Below the pieces are notes generated by a model, which worked only from the letters and a program-made list of their open reading frames with translations, was not told where the DNA came from and made no database searches. DNA of 64,000 bases from Deltaproteobacteria bacterium (lineage in GTDB: Bacteria > Myxococcota_A > UBA9160 > UBA4427): the NCBI GenBank assembly GCA_002709835.1, contig PAQX01000071.1, forward strand, positions 9,077-73,076, written 5' to 3'. Positions 1 through 9,869 of the stretch are shown here, one piece after another. How positions within the stretch are numbered: position 1 is the first letter of the stretch; every line of letters starts with the position of its first letter. Position numbers and translations under genes: made by a program.

Positions 1-798
1 GGGCGCCGAGGCGACGCGCACTACATGAGCTTCGCCGTCTACGGGGGGTCGCTCGGCCGGGACGGTGGCCGCCGGACGGTGTCCTACGTGAAGATGGACG
101 ACCTCGAGGTCGACGCGGACGGGCGTTTCGAGATCGTCCTCTCGAGGGACGAGCAGCCGGGAAACTGGATTGCGCTCGAAGAAGACGCGACGACGCTGAT
201 GGTCCGCGAGACCTTCACCCGCAAGCGCGAGGAAGAGCGCGCGATCCTTCAGATCGAGTGCCTTTCGGACGAGCCGCCCCCCACCCTGACCGCCGATTTC
301 GTAGTGAACGCGTTCCGCCGCTCGATCCGTTTCATGCGCGGGAGCGCAAAGACGTTCTTCGACATCGTCGACGCGTGGATCCCGGAGCCGAACGTCTTCC
401 AGGAAGGCAACCGGGACCAGGCGGCCTCGACTCTCGGCATCCCGGACCAGCTCTACCGCAGCGGGTGGTGGGAGGTCGGTCCCGAGGAGGTGCTCGTCGT
501 CGACATGGATCCGCCCGCGTGTCGCTACTGGAGTCTCGCTCTCTGCGACTACTGGGGGGCTTCCTTCGACTACCGCTATTGGAACATCAACGTCAACGAT
601 CGCACGGCGTGCGTGCGCCCGGACGGCAAGGTTCGGATCCTGATTGCCCACCGGAATCCCGGGATCGCGAATACGAACTGGCTCGACACCGCAGGTCATG
701 ACCGGGGCGTTTGGACGCTCCGGTGGATGGAAGCAGCGGAAGATCATCGACCGACGGTGCGCCGGATGGCCCTCGATCAGCTGGCGACGCTCGACTGA
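1..798 (+). CDS. DUF1214-like protein, 5'-truncated by the window edge
   Basis: Frame is open from base 1 (GRRGDAHYMSFAVY...). C-terminal 'DGKVRILIAHRNPG..NWLDTAGH..G...LRW' is typical of this family. Confidence 0.7.
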   Translation, partial: GRRGDAHYMSFAVYGGSLGRDGGRRTVSYVKMDDLEVDADGRFEIVLSRDEQPGNWIALEEDATTLMVRETFTRKREEERAILQIECLSDEPPPTLTADFVVNAFRRSIRFMRGSAKTFFDIVDAWIPEPNVFQEGNRDQAASTLGIPDQLYRSGWWEVGPEEVLVVDMDPPACRYWSLALCDYWGASFDYRYWNINVNDRTACVRPDGKVRILIAHRNPGIANTNWLDTAGHDRGVWTLRWMEAAEDHRPTVRRMALDQLATLD

Positions 799-810
799 AG
801 GGCGGGGCGT

Positions 811-1752
811 TCAGCCGGCGGCGCTTCTCGCCTCGTCGTCCGGCGTCGTCGTGAAAAGCCGCCCGCGGGCGTGTTCGGAGATCGCGACGATCGCCGGGTG
901 CTGGAGGCGTCGCTCGACCGAGACGCCGTAGAAGCGCTCGCGGACCTCTTCGGTTCGTCCGATCACTTCGACACCGTACTGTTCGACGATCTCCTGCTCG
1001 ATCGCGGCGGGCGCCGCGAACACGCCGCGGCCGGTTGCCCCGAACACCTTTTTGAGCGCCGAGTCGTCGAAGGCCGCGACGCTGCGCGGACGGATCCCGA
1101 GGTCCTGGAACCAGTGTTCGAGGGCCGTTCGGAGCGCGGCGATCGGGGTCGGGAAGAGCATTGGAGCTCCGTCGAGACTCCGAGGGAAGCCAGGGCGGAA
1201 GCGCTCGGCCAGCGAGCGGGTCGCAAAGAAGGTCACGCCACACTCGCCGAGAAGGTGGTCGAAGGCGCGGACGGCGACGTCGGCGCCGCGCGGGGCATCG
1301 GTCAGCACGAGGTCGATCGAATGGGTCGCGAGCTTCGCGATCAGCTGTTCGGGCTCGCCTTCGATGCAGACGAGTTCGATCGAGGGGTCGTCCTCGAGCG
1401 CCGGTTCGAGCAGACGGTGGGCGATCAGCTTGGGGACCGACATCGAGAGACCGACGGTGAACCGGGACGAGTGAGCGTCGGCGCCGGTCCGGACCGCGGT
1501 CTTCAGCTCTTCGCCGATTTCGAAGACGCCGTCTGCGTAGCGGAGCACGACGTGCCCGAGATCCGTCAGGACGAGGCTTCTGCCGGTCCGGACGAAGAGC
1601 TGCGCGCCGATCTGCTCCTCCAGCTGCTTCAGTTGAGAAGACACGGTGGGCGGGCTGACGGAGAGGCGCTTCGCGGCGCGGACCACGCCCCCCTCCCGAG
1701 CGACGGCCCGGAAGTACAGAAGGTGGTGGAAGTTCAGCCAGTCGAGTGCCAT
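811..1752 (-). CDS. nhaR: LysR-family transcriptional activator, NhaR type
   Basis: N-terminus 'WLNFHHLLYF..VAREGGVVRAA..L.VS.PTVS.QL..LEE' and C-terminal 'FDDSAL.KVFG..G.G.F..P', 'ERFY..S.ERR..HP' are characteristic of NhaR. Confidence 0.85.
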   Translation of the reverse strand: MALDWLNFHHLLYFRAVAREGGVVRAAKRLSVSPPTVSSQLKQLEEQIGAQLFVRTGRSLVLTDLGHVVLRYADGVFEIGEELKTAVRTGADAHSSRFTVGLSMSVPKLIAHRLLEPALEDDPSIELVCIEGEPEQLIAKLATHSIDLVLTDAPRGADVAVRAFDHLLGECGVTFFATRSLAERFRPGFPRSLDGAPMLFPTPIAALRTALEHWFQDLGIRPRSVAAFDDSALKKVFGATGRGVFAAPAAIEQEIVEQYGVEVIGRTEEVRERFYGVSVERRLQHPAIVAISEHARGRLFTTTPDDEARSAAG

Positions 1753-1770
1753 GTTGCCTTCGGTCTTCGG

Positions 1771-1884
1771 TTCGGAATAATCTAATTCATGTTTAGAGAA
1801 TTCGTCAAATGCTCATGGTTTAAAAATTTCTCTGCATTTCCGGATACTTGAGAGTGGTCAAATTATTGATTAGATAATTCCGAA
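1771..1884. promoter_or_regulatory. AT-rich divergent promoter region with two inverted LysR-type boxes
   Basis: TTCGGAATAATCTAAT (1771-1786) and ATTAGATAATTCCGAA (1869-1884) are reverse complements at 15/16 positions. Each has TTCG-N7-CTAA type dyad symmetry (T-N11-A). Confidence 0.6.
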
Positions 1885-1980
1885 GCGTTCTTTGTGAATT
1901 TATGAGTTGTCTAATCGACGGTTCGGACGATGATTCGATGGGCGCTCGCACGCCAACGAGCCAGGGAGAGGATCAGCCTT

Positions 1981-2580
1981 ATGGAATCCATTCTCGAGGG
2001 AATCGACCGTTTTCAGAAGAGCGTTTTTCCGAAACGCCGCGAGGCGTTCGAGGCGCTCGGCGGAGGGCAGCAGCCCAAGATCCTGCTCGTGACCTGCTCC
2101 GACTCCCGGATCGACCCTTCGATGTTCACCCAGACCGATCCCGGCGAGATCTTCGCCGTCCGCAACGCCGGCAACCTCGTCGCGCCCCACAGCGCCGCCC
2201 CGTCGGCCGAAGCCGCCACGATCGAATACGGAATCGAGGCGCTCGGCATCCCGGACATCGTCGTTTGCGGACATACCCACTGCGGGGCGATGGCTGCCCT
2301 CGGCCAGCGCGGATCCGCCGACGGCCTGCCGTCCGTGAAGGCGTGGATCGAGACGTCCACCGCCAGCCTCGATCGCTGCGACGAAGTCAGCGGTTTCGAC
2401 GACGACCTCACCCGGCTGGTCGCGGCCAACGTCTGCCAACAGCTGGAGCATCTCCGCGGCCACCCGAGCGTCGCGAAGGGGCTCGAGGCCGGAACGCTCC
2501 GCCTTCACGGTTGGGTCTACGACTTCGAACGGGGCGACGTCTACGCATGCGACGAGAACGGGAGCTTCTCGAAGGTCTGA
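1981..2580 (+). CDS. Beta-class carbonic anhydrase
   Basis: Zn ligand motifs 'TCSDSRI' and 'CGHTHCGAM', plus 'RNAGNLV'. Purine-rich RBS precedes ATG 1981. Confidence 0.93.
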   Translation: MESILEGIDRFQKSVFPKRREAFEALGGGQQPKILLVTCSDSRIDPSMFTQTDPGEIFAVRNAGNLVAPHSAAPSAEAATIEYGIEALGIPDIVVCGHTHCGAMAALGQRGSADGLPSVKAWIETSTASLDRCDEVSGFDDDLTRLVAANVCQQLEHLRGHPSVAKGLEAGTLRLHGWVYDFERGDVYACDENGSFSKV

Positions 2581-2668
2581 GCGTCCGACGCTTCCCACCT
2601 CCTGCCGACCTCCCGCTCCCGTCTCCCGCCCGGTTCGCCTATAGATAGAAGAGAAGAAAGAGGGGCCC

Positions 2669-4222
2669 ATGTCCAACGAATCTTCCGCGATCGACATCAA
2701 GACCATCCTGCAGAGCGATCTGCTGGCTTCTGTGGTCGTCTTCCTGGTGGCGCTGCCCTTGTGTATGGGCATCGCGATCGCATCCGGCGCTCCGCCGGCG
2801 GCAGGTCTCATCACCGGCATCGTCGGTGGCCTGGTCGTCGGCTTCATCGCTGGCGCCCCGCTCCAGGTGAGCGGCCCGGCAGCCGGCCTCTCGGTCATCG
2901 TCTGGGAGCTGATCCAGACGCACGGCTATGGCGCCCTCGGCTGGATCATCGCCGTCGCCGGCGCAGTCCAGATCGTGGCCGGCCTGATCGGCTTCGGTCG
3001 TTGGTTCCGCGCGGTCTCGCCTGCGGTGATTCACGGCATGCTCGCTGGGATCGGGGTCCTGATCTTCGCGAGTCAGTTCCACGTCATGGTGGACGACGCG
3101 CCCCGAGGCAGCGGCCTCGCGAATCTGATCGCCATCCCCGAGGCGATCATGAAGGGCTACACGCCGGCCGAGGATTCGGTCCACTTCCACGCGGCGATGA
3201 TCGGACTCTTCACCCTCACGATCCTCGTGTCGTGGAGGTTCATCGTCCCCGGGAAGCTGAAGGCCGTGCCCGGCCCGCTCGCCGCGGTCGTCGCAGCGAC
3301 CGCCGTCGCTTCCTACCTGGACCTCGAGTTGATCCGTGTCGACGTGCCCGAAAGCATGCTCGACGCGATCGCCGTCCCGCCCGTGGCCGACCTGATGACC
3401 CTCGGCTGGGGCGTGCTCGGCTCCGGCTTCGCCCTTGCCTTCATCGCGAGCGCGGAGACGCTCCTCTGCGCTTCCGCCGTCGACAAGATGCACACGGGCC
3501 CTCGCGCGAAGTTCGACAAGGAGCTGGCGGCCCAGGGCATCGGCAACATGCTCTGTGGTTTCCTGGGTGCGCTGCCCATGACCGGCGTCATCGTACGCAG
3601 CAGCGCGAACGTCGAAGCCGGCGGGAAGACCCGTGCGTCCGCCATCCTGCACGGCGGCTGGCTCCTGCTTTTCGTGGTCGCGCTGCCCTTCATCCTGCGC
3701 GCGATCCCGACCTCCGTTCTCGCCGCCGTACTCGTCTTTACCGGCTACAAGCTCGTGAACATCGCTGCCGTCCAGGGCATCGCGAAGCTCGGCCGCGGCG
3801 AGGTCGCCATCTACGGCGCCACCGTCGTCGGAATCGTCGCGGTCGACCTGCTGACGGGCGTCGTCGCCGGAATCGGCCTCTCCCTCGCTCGAATCCTCTA
3901 CGACATGGCGAACCTCGAGATCACGATCGAGGAGGCTCCGGACGGCGCCCATCACGATCTGTGGCTGAACGGCTCGGCGACCGTCGTATCGCTCCCGAAG
4001 CTCGCGGGCGCCCTTGAGGAACTGCCGAGCGACATCAAGCTCCACGTCCATCTGCATGATCTCGATTACATCGACCACGCCTGCCTCGATCTCCTGATGA
4101 ACTGGCAGAAGCAGTGCGAGGCGATGGGCGGCGAGTTCATGATGGACTGGGATGGTCTGCAAGCGAGATTCGGCAACCGGGACCTTTCTCCAAAATCGCC
4201 GAAGGGGGTTGAAGCGGCCTGA
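2669..4222 (+). CDS. SulP/SLC26 anion (probably bicarbonate) transporter with C-terminal STAS-like domain
   Basis: 'DLLASVVVFLVALPLCMGIAIASG', 'VSGPAAGL', 'LPMTGVIVRSSAN', 'LDYIDHAC'; adjacent to the beta-CA gene. Confidence 0.92.
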   Translation: MSNESSAIDIKTILQSDLLASVVVFLVALPLCMGIAIASGAPPAAGLITGIVGGLVVGFIAGAPLQVSGPAAGLSVIVWELIQTHGYGALGWIIAVAGAVQIVAGLIGFGRWFRAVSPAVIHGMLAGIGVLIFASQFHVMVDDAPRGSGLANLIAIPEAIMKGYTPAEDSVHFHAAMIGLFTLTILVSWRFIVPGKLKAVPGPLAAVVAATAVASYLDLELIRVDVPESMLDAIAVPPVADLMTLGWGVLGSGFALAFIASAETLLCASAVDKMHTGPRAKFDKELAAQGIGNMLCGFLGALPMTGVIVRSSANVEAGGKTRASAILHGGWLLLFVVALPFILRAIPTSVLAAVLVFTGYKLVNIAAVQGIAKLGRGEVAIYGATVVGIVAVDLLTGVVAGIGLSLARILYDMANLEITIEEAPDGAHHDLWLNGSATVVSLPKLAGALEELPSDIKLHVHLHDLDYIDHACLDLLMNWQKQCEAMGGEFMMDWDGLQARFGNRDLSPKSPKGVEAA

Positions 4223-4378
4223 CGGGCGCGCCCGTCTCCCGCCCTCCGGTTCTCGAACCGGGCGTGGGGTCGGGGCCGAGAAGGCCAACCGGATGACCGG
4301 GCGCCGCCGCGCCCGGACGGAGATCGACGCTCTGCAGCCGCGCTGCAGGGCGTCGCTTCGTTTCGGACAGGCCCTCGC

Positions 4379-5644
4379 CTAGACCTCGCTGGCGACGCCG
4401 AAGTACTCCTGGAAGGGGCGGAACGCGGCGCGCGTCGCGGCGATCGTCTCCGGATCCCCCATTTCGTAGTCGTGCTTGCCGAACTTGTCCTTCGGCTTGT
4501 TTGCGACGTAGTCGAGCATCGCCTGTTTCGATCCGGACGGGAGCGGAAGCTGCAGATCCGCGTAGAGCTTCTCGAGTGCCGCGTCCGGATTCTCGAAGAA
4601 CGCGGGATAGTCGATCGGGAAGACGCGGTCTTTTGGGATGGTGCCGTTCTCCATCCAGTCGATCATGTCCTGTAGGGTCTGGTAGGTCTCCTTGCCGTCG
4701 ATCGAACGGCCGAAGCCCTTGCCGAGCGTCGTATCGTCGCTGCGCATGTAGTAGAGGACCCCGGAAACGTCGACGACGGATGCCGCGGACTTGACCGGGT
4801 CGCGCAACATGAGCGTGAGCTTCGCGTCGGGGTAGGCTTCGAAAAGCGAGGGAAGGACCGGCAGATGCGTCGGCCCTTTGAGTAGCCAGTGACCCGGTCG
4901 GCCCGTCGATTGGAGCAGCTGAAGGATCTTCTTGTGCCAGGCGAAGGCCGAGCGATGATCGTTCTGAGCCACGTACTTCGTGTAGTTGGGGACGTAGAAG
5001 GACGCGGAGAAGGCGTACGAGACGAAGGAGGCGTACGTCCACTCGATGCACTCGACCGGGAGCTCGGCGCCGACCTTGTGCATCGTGGCCCACTCCGGCG
5101 TGATGCGATCCTGCAGGCCGACGACGTCCTGGGCCTGCGCGATCCGCGGGTCGGGCCTGGTGTCGCCCGGCGCGGGAGGCGGGACGGGGAACTTCGCTTC
5201 CCACATCCGAACCGTGCGCGCGTTCGGGTCGGCGCCCAGGATCTCCTGCATGATCGTCGTGCCTGATCGCGGCAGGCCGATGATGAAGACCGGCGCCTCG
5301 ATCACCTCTCGTTCGACATCGGGGTGGCGCTTCAACCAGTCGACCACGCGGAGTCGCCCCTCGAGGTGAATCAACAGATCCGAGCGGGTCATGACGCGAC
5401 CGAAGAGGTGGAGCTTCGCGGTGTGCTCGAGGTCGTCGAGCAGGATGCGGAAGGGCTCGACCCAGTCGTCGTCGCCGAAGTCTTCGAGGCCGGTGTTCTT
5501 ACGGGCAGCACGGAGCAGCGAAGCTTCGTCGAGCGGGACGACGCTTCGGGCATCGATGCGATTCCCGATGTCGATGAACTCGCGCGCCCATTCGGGGCGA
5601 GGCTTCGGCTGATAGACGATGGCTTTCGGGTCGAGGGGGGCCAT
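4379..5644 (-). CDS. PAPS-dependent sulfotransferase family protein
   Basis: 5'-PSB loop 'FIIGLPRSGTT', 'WLLKGP.H', 3'-PB 'RDP'. Start placed at MAPLDP. Confidence 0.88.
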   Translation of the reverse strand: MAPLDPKAIVYQPKPRPEWAREFIDIGNRIDARSVVPLDEASLLRAARKNTGLEDFGDDDWVEPFRILLDDLEHTAKLHLFGRVMTRSDLLIHLEGRLRVVDWLKRHPDVEREVIEAPVFIIGLPRSGTTIMQEILGADPNARTVRMWEAKFPVPPPAPGDTRPDPRIAQAQDVVGLQDRITPEWATMHKVGAELPVECIEWTYASFVSYAFSASFYVPNYTKYVAQNDHRSAFAWHKKILQLLQSTGRPGHWLLKGPTHLPVLPSLFEAYPDAKLTLMLRDPVKSAASVVDVSGVLYYMRSDDTTLGKGFGRSIDGKETYQTLQDMIDWMENGTIPKDRVFPIDYPAFFENPDAALEKLYADLQLPLPSGSKQAMLDYVANKPKDKFGKHDYEMGDPETIAATRAAFRPFQEYFGVASEV

Positions 5645-5736
5645 GTGGGATCTCCCTGGCGAGCTCCTCGTCACGTTAGCCGAAAGAGCACGCCCGCCAT
5701 CTCGCGCGGAATCGCTGTGATAGGATCGATCGCACG

Positions 5737-6105
5737 ATGGCAGACGGTGGCTCGGACAAGCCCGGCGAGAGCCGGGGAGCGCTCGGACCGATCGCGACGA
5801 AGGTTCTCTACGAGGACGAGCGCGTCCGGATCTGGGATCAGTTGATCGAGCCCGGGGAGACGACGGGGCCGCACCATCACGCGCTGCCCTACGCGCTGGT
5901 GACCGTCGAGGGGGCGCCCCTCGACGTCATTCCGGTCGAAGGTTTCCCGATGATGCACGGGAGCGAGACGCTCTCGGTCGACCTGCCGGATCGCACCGCC
6001 TCGGTGCTCGAGGCGGGCTCGTACGAGGACGCGCGCAACACCGGCGATCGCCCCTATCGCGCGATCCTGGTCGAGTTCAAGCAGGCCGCACAGGCCGACG
6101 CCTAG
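5737..6105 (+). CDS. Small cupin-domain protein
   Basis: 'VLYEDERVRIW...EPGE..G.H.H' and 'NTGD......VEFK' cupin pattern. Confidence 0.75.
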   Translation: MADGGSDKPGESRGALGPIATKVLYEDERVRIWDQLIEPGETTGPHHHALPYALVTVEGAPLDVIPVEGFPMMHGSETLSVDLPDRTASVLEAGSYEDARNTGDRPYRAILVEFKQAAQADA

Positions 6106-6134
6106 CGCGGGCGCGCTTACAGGAAACGACGTCC

Positions 6135-8144
6135 ATGGCTCATCCGCACCTCCTCGCGCCCGGCCGGGTCGGCTCCCTCGATCTGCGCAACCGGATCCTG
6201 ATGTGTCCGATGGGCGACAATCAGGCGACCGACGGCGGCTACGTCACCGACCAGCAGATCGATTACTTCGAAGCGCGCGCTCGGGGCGGCGCCGCGCTCC
6301 TGCTCGTCGGGTCGGTGGGTGTGACGGCGCCGGACGGGCTCTCGACCCCGCGCCAGAGCGCGATTGGCGACGAGACCTTCCTTGACGGCTGGCGACGGAT
6401 GGCGGATCGCGTCCACGCGCACGGGGGCCGGCTCGCGCTCCAACTCGTCCACAACGGGAAGAACGCAGTCGAGGACATCGTGGCGGGGCGTCCCCTCCTC
6501 GTGCCCTCGCTGCTCCACAAAGAGCCGGTCGCTGACCCTCTGATGGGGATGCTGACGCCCGACGAGCTTGAGAACATGGGGACGCCGGCTCAGGTCCAGG
6601 GCGGGCGGATCGAGTTCCGCGAGATGACCCAGGACGACATTGCCTCGATGGTCGCCGCCTACGCCGATGCGGTCGAACGGGCGCGCGACGTCGGAGTCGA
6701 CGCCTGTGAGCTCCATGCCGGCCACGGCTACCTGATCGACAACTTTCTCTCGCCTACGACGAACCATCGGGAGGACGAATACGGAGGTTCGGTCGAGAAC
6801 CGCGCGCGTTTCCTGATCGAGATTCTCGAGGCGATCCGCGCCCGGGTCGGCCGCGACTATCCCGTGTGGATCCGCATCAACGGCGGTGAGGCATTCATCG
6901 AGGGTGAGACCCTCGAGGACGCGTGTCGGGTCGCGGAGCTCGCCGAGGCGGCCGGGGCGGATGCCGTCCACGTCAGTCTCTATGCCGATCCGGCGCTCGG
7001 CATCGGATACACCGAAGCTCACGCGACCCACATCCCGGGCCGCTTCGTCGAGCTCGGGGCGACGGTCAAAAAGCGCGTGGGGATTCCCGTGATCACCGCG
7101 GGACGCATCGCGCCAGACGAAGCCGAGCAGGTCCTCGCCGACGGTCGAGCCGATTTCGTGGCGATGGGGCGCAAGCTTCTTGCGGATCCGGAGCTGCCGA
7201 ACAAGCTTGCCGCCAGGGCGGCGGAGACGGTGCGTCCGTGCATGTACCACTACCGTTGCATCAGCCAGATCTTCGTACGGTCCCACGTTCGCTGCGCAGT
7301 GAATGCGACCACGGGATTCGAGTCGAGCCGAAGGCTCGAGCCGGCTGCCGTCGAGAAGCGCGTGCTCGTCGTCGGGGGAGGGCCGGCCGGGATGGAAGCC
7401 GCGCGACTCGCCTCGCTCCGGGGCCATGATGTCCGGCTCGTCGAGGAATCGGATCGTCTGGGCGGCCGATTCGCCCTTGCCGCTCGGACCGCGGAGCCCA
7501 ACGCGGAGCTGCTCGCCTGGCTCGAGGGCGAAATGGCGCGCCGGGCGATCGACGTTCGCCTTGGCGAACGAGCGGAGGCACAGGCGATCGTCGCCGAGGG
7601 CTTCGACGAGGTGATCCTCGCAACGGGGGCGACCTGGCCGCGACCGAGTTGGGCAGAAGGGGAAGCGCGGGTCGCGACCGTCGACGATCTCGCGGACTGG
7701 CTCGAGGGCGAAGGGGACGAGACGGGGCGCCACTTCGTCGTGGTCGGCGGAGATCGTGCGGGGCTCGCCCTCGCGAGCGTGGCCCGTCGCCGTGGGGCGA
7801 CCGTCGAAGTCCTCGAGGAGACCGAGGTCTTCGCGGCGGCGAATGGGCTCGTCGGCCGGTGGCGCTACGTCCACGAGGCGCGGGCGTCGGGGATCGTGCT
7901 CCACGGGGGCGCCCGGGTCGACGGTCTCGACGCGGACGGACTGCGTTGGACGTCGCGGGAAGGCGGTGCGGAGTTGAGCGCCGCTGATCTCGTCTTCGTC
8001 GCCAACGGTGCGCGGGTCGGTTCGACTCTCTCGGCGGCGCTGCGGTCGCTCGGCATCGTCGGGCACATGATCGGTGACGCGAAGGACCTGCGTTCGGTCG
8101 AGGGGGCGATGGAGAGTGCGGCAGAGCTCGTCCTCTCTCTGTAG
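6135..8144 (+). CDS. NADH:flavin oxidoreductase (OYE / 2,4-dienoyl-CoA reductase-like; FMN, FeS, FAD)
   Basis: 'LRNRILMCPM', 'ELHAGHGYLI..FLSP..N.R.DEYGGS.ENR', Cys cluster 'RPC....C........CAVN', 'VLVVGGGPAGMEAA'. Confidence 0.92.
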   Translation: MAHPHLLAPGRVGSLDLRNRILMCPMGDNQATDGGYVTDQQIDYFEARARGGAALLLVGSVGVTAPDGLSTPRQSAIGDETFLDGWRRMADRVHAHGGRLALQLVHNGKNAVEDIVAGRPLLVPSLLHKEPVADPLMGMLTPDELENMGTPAQVQGGRIEFREMTQDDIASMVAAYADAVERARDVGVDACELHAGHGYLIDNFLSPTTNHREDEYGGSVENRARFLIEILEAIRARVGRDYPVWIRINGGEAFIEGETLEDACRVAELAEAAGADAVHVSLYADPALGIGYTEAHATHIPGRFVELGATVKKRVGIPVITAGRIAPDEAEQVLADGRADFVAMGRKLLADPELPNKLAARAAETVRPCMYHYRCISQIFVRSHVRCAVNATTGFESSRRLEPAAVEKRVLVVGGGPAGMEAARLASLRGHDVRLVEESDRLGGRFALAARTAEPNAELLAWLEGEMARRAIDVRLGERAEAQAIVAEGFDEVILATGATWPRPSWAEGEARVATVDDLADWLEGEGDETGRHFVVVGGDRAGLALASVARRRGATVEVLEETEVFAAANGLVGRWRYVHEARASGIVLHGGARVDGLDADGLRWTSREGGAELSAADLVFVANGARVGSTLSAALRSLGIVGHMIGDAKDLRSVEGAMESAAELVLSL

Positions 8145-8180
8145 GCGGCCGCGCCGGACGCGTCCTCTTTCCTGCTGCGC

Positions 8181-9869
8181 CTAGCTGGGCGTCGCGTCAG
8201 CGCGTCGCACCGCGAAGACGAGCAGCGCTACCGCGACGATTCCCGCGCCGCTCGTGCGCCCGAGGTCCCCGACGAGGACCGCACCGGCGGCGACGATCGA
8301 GGCGTAGACCCCGACCGTCGCGGCCAGCACGTCGATCCAGGGCCCCCAGCCGAGCGGCCTGGCGGGGACGCCGAGATTGTCCGCGACCGGTCCCCAGGCG
8401 CCTCGGGGCTGAACGCGCTCGAAGAAGCGATTCAGGACGTCGTCACGCTCGGGCGCGGTGGCGAAGGTGACGACGAACGCGACCGGAAGCGAGAGCGCGA
8501 CCACCACGACGATCGAGAACGGAAACGCGAGATCGGTGTAGGCGTCGACGACGTTCGCGAAGACGAGGCTCGCGCACATGACGGCGATCTCGCTCCACGC
8601 GTTGATCCGCCACCAAAGCCAGCGCAGCAGGAGGATCAGGCCGGTTCCCGCGGTGATCGTTGCGAGGAGCTTCCAGGCGTCGGCGACGGAATCCATGCCG
8701 AGGGTCGCGAGCGCACCGATCGCGGCGAGAAAAACGACACTCAACCGCGCGACGAGGACGAGCCGCGCTTCTTCTGCGTCCGGGTCGAGGAAGCGCGCGT
8801 ACACGTCGTGAGTGAGGTAGGAGGCGCCCCAGTTGAGCTGGGTGTCGATCGTCGACATGAAAGCCGCGAACATCGCCGCGAGCAGCAGGCCGAGCAGCCC
8901 GGGCGGCAGGGTGTCGAGCATGACCCGCACGTAGCCCGCCTCGGGGTCCGCCAGGTCCGGGTACTGCACGACCGCGACGAGGCCGACGAGGATCCAGGGC
9001 CAGGGTCGGATCGCGAAATGCGCGAGGGCGTACCAGAGAGACGCGAGGCGGGCATCGCGTTCGCTGCGGGTCGCGAGGATGCGCTGGGCGATGTAGCCAT
9101 TGCCCTCGGTGTTGCCGCTCGACCAGCTCTTTATCGTGACGAAGGCAACGAAAGCCCAGAAGGCATCTCGATCGGAGGGGGGCGGCACGACGTCCAGCAG
9201 GTCGCGCCGATCGCCGAGCGCATCGAGTAGGGAAGCGAAGCCGCCTTGATCGCCGACCGCCATCACGGCGAGCAGGACCGAACCGGCAAGCGCGAGCCCG
9301 AACTGGAGAAAGTCCGTGAACACGACGCCGAGCAGGCCGGCAAGGAGCGTGTAGGCGACGGTCACGACGAAGAGTCCGAAAAGCAGCCAGAGGCTCTGGG
9401 ATTCGTCGAGGCCGAGGGCCAGCGAGAGTACCTTCATCATGGCGAGGTTGACCCAGCCCATCACGATCGCGTTACGCAGGACGCCGAAGTAGAGCGCGCG
9501 AAAGAGGCGTAGGCCGGCGGCGGGCCGCCCGCCGTACCGGAGTTCGATCAACGCGTTGTCGGTCAAGACGCCGCTGCGCTTCCAGAGGTGGCTGATCAGG
9601 AAGGCGCCCATGACCGTGGGGAGGACGTCGGCCCACCAGAACCAGTTGCCCGCGACGCCGCCGGTCGCGACGAGCCCGGCGATCGCGAGGGGGGTGTCCG
9701 CAGCGAAGGTCGTGGCGACGATCGAGGTGCCGGCGAGCCACCAGGGCAGGCTCCGGTCCGCTGCGAAGAAGGCTTCGGTCGATCGACCGGCGCGGCGCGC
9801 ATGCCACGCACCCCATCCGAGCGAGATCGCGAGGAAGAGGACGACGATCGCGAGATCGAGGCCCTTCAG
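8181..9869 (-). CDS. Sodium:solute symporter (SSS family), probable CTG start
   Basis: The frame upstream of ATG 9611 encodes the conserved SSS N-terminus (LDLAIVVLFL...FFAADRSLPWWLAGTSIVATTFAADTPL...GNWFWW). It begins at a CTG overlapping the RND stop (CTGA). 'AAFMSTIDTQLNWGASY' is present. Confidence 0.85.
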   Translation of the reverse strand: MKGLDLAIVVLFLAISLGWGAWHARRAGRSTEAFFAADRSLPWWLAGTSIVATTFAADTPLAIAGLVATGGVAGNWFWWADVLPTVMGAFLISHLWKRSGVLTDNALIELRYGGRPAAGLRLFRALYFGVLRNAIVMGWVNLAMMKVLSLALGLDESQSLWLLFGLFVVTVAYTLLAGLLGVVFTDFLQFGLALAGSVLLAVMAVGDQGGFASLLDALGDRRDLLDVVPPPSDRDAFWAFVAFVTIKSWSSGNTEGNGYIAQRILATRSERDARLASLWYALAHFAIRPWPWILVGLVAVVQYPDLADPEAGYVRVMLDTLPPGLLGLLLAAMFAAFMSTIDTQLNWGASYLTHDVYARFLDPDAEEARLVLVARLSVVFLAAIGALATLGMDSVADAWKLLATITAGTGLILLLRWLWWRINAWSEIAVMCASLVFANVVDAYTDLAFPFSIVVVVALSLPVAFVVTFATAPERDDVLNRFFERVQPRGAWGPVADNLGVPARPLGWGPWIDVLAATVGVYASIVAAGAVLVGDLGRTSGAGIVAVALLVFAVRRADATPS

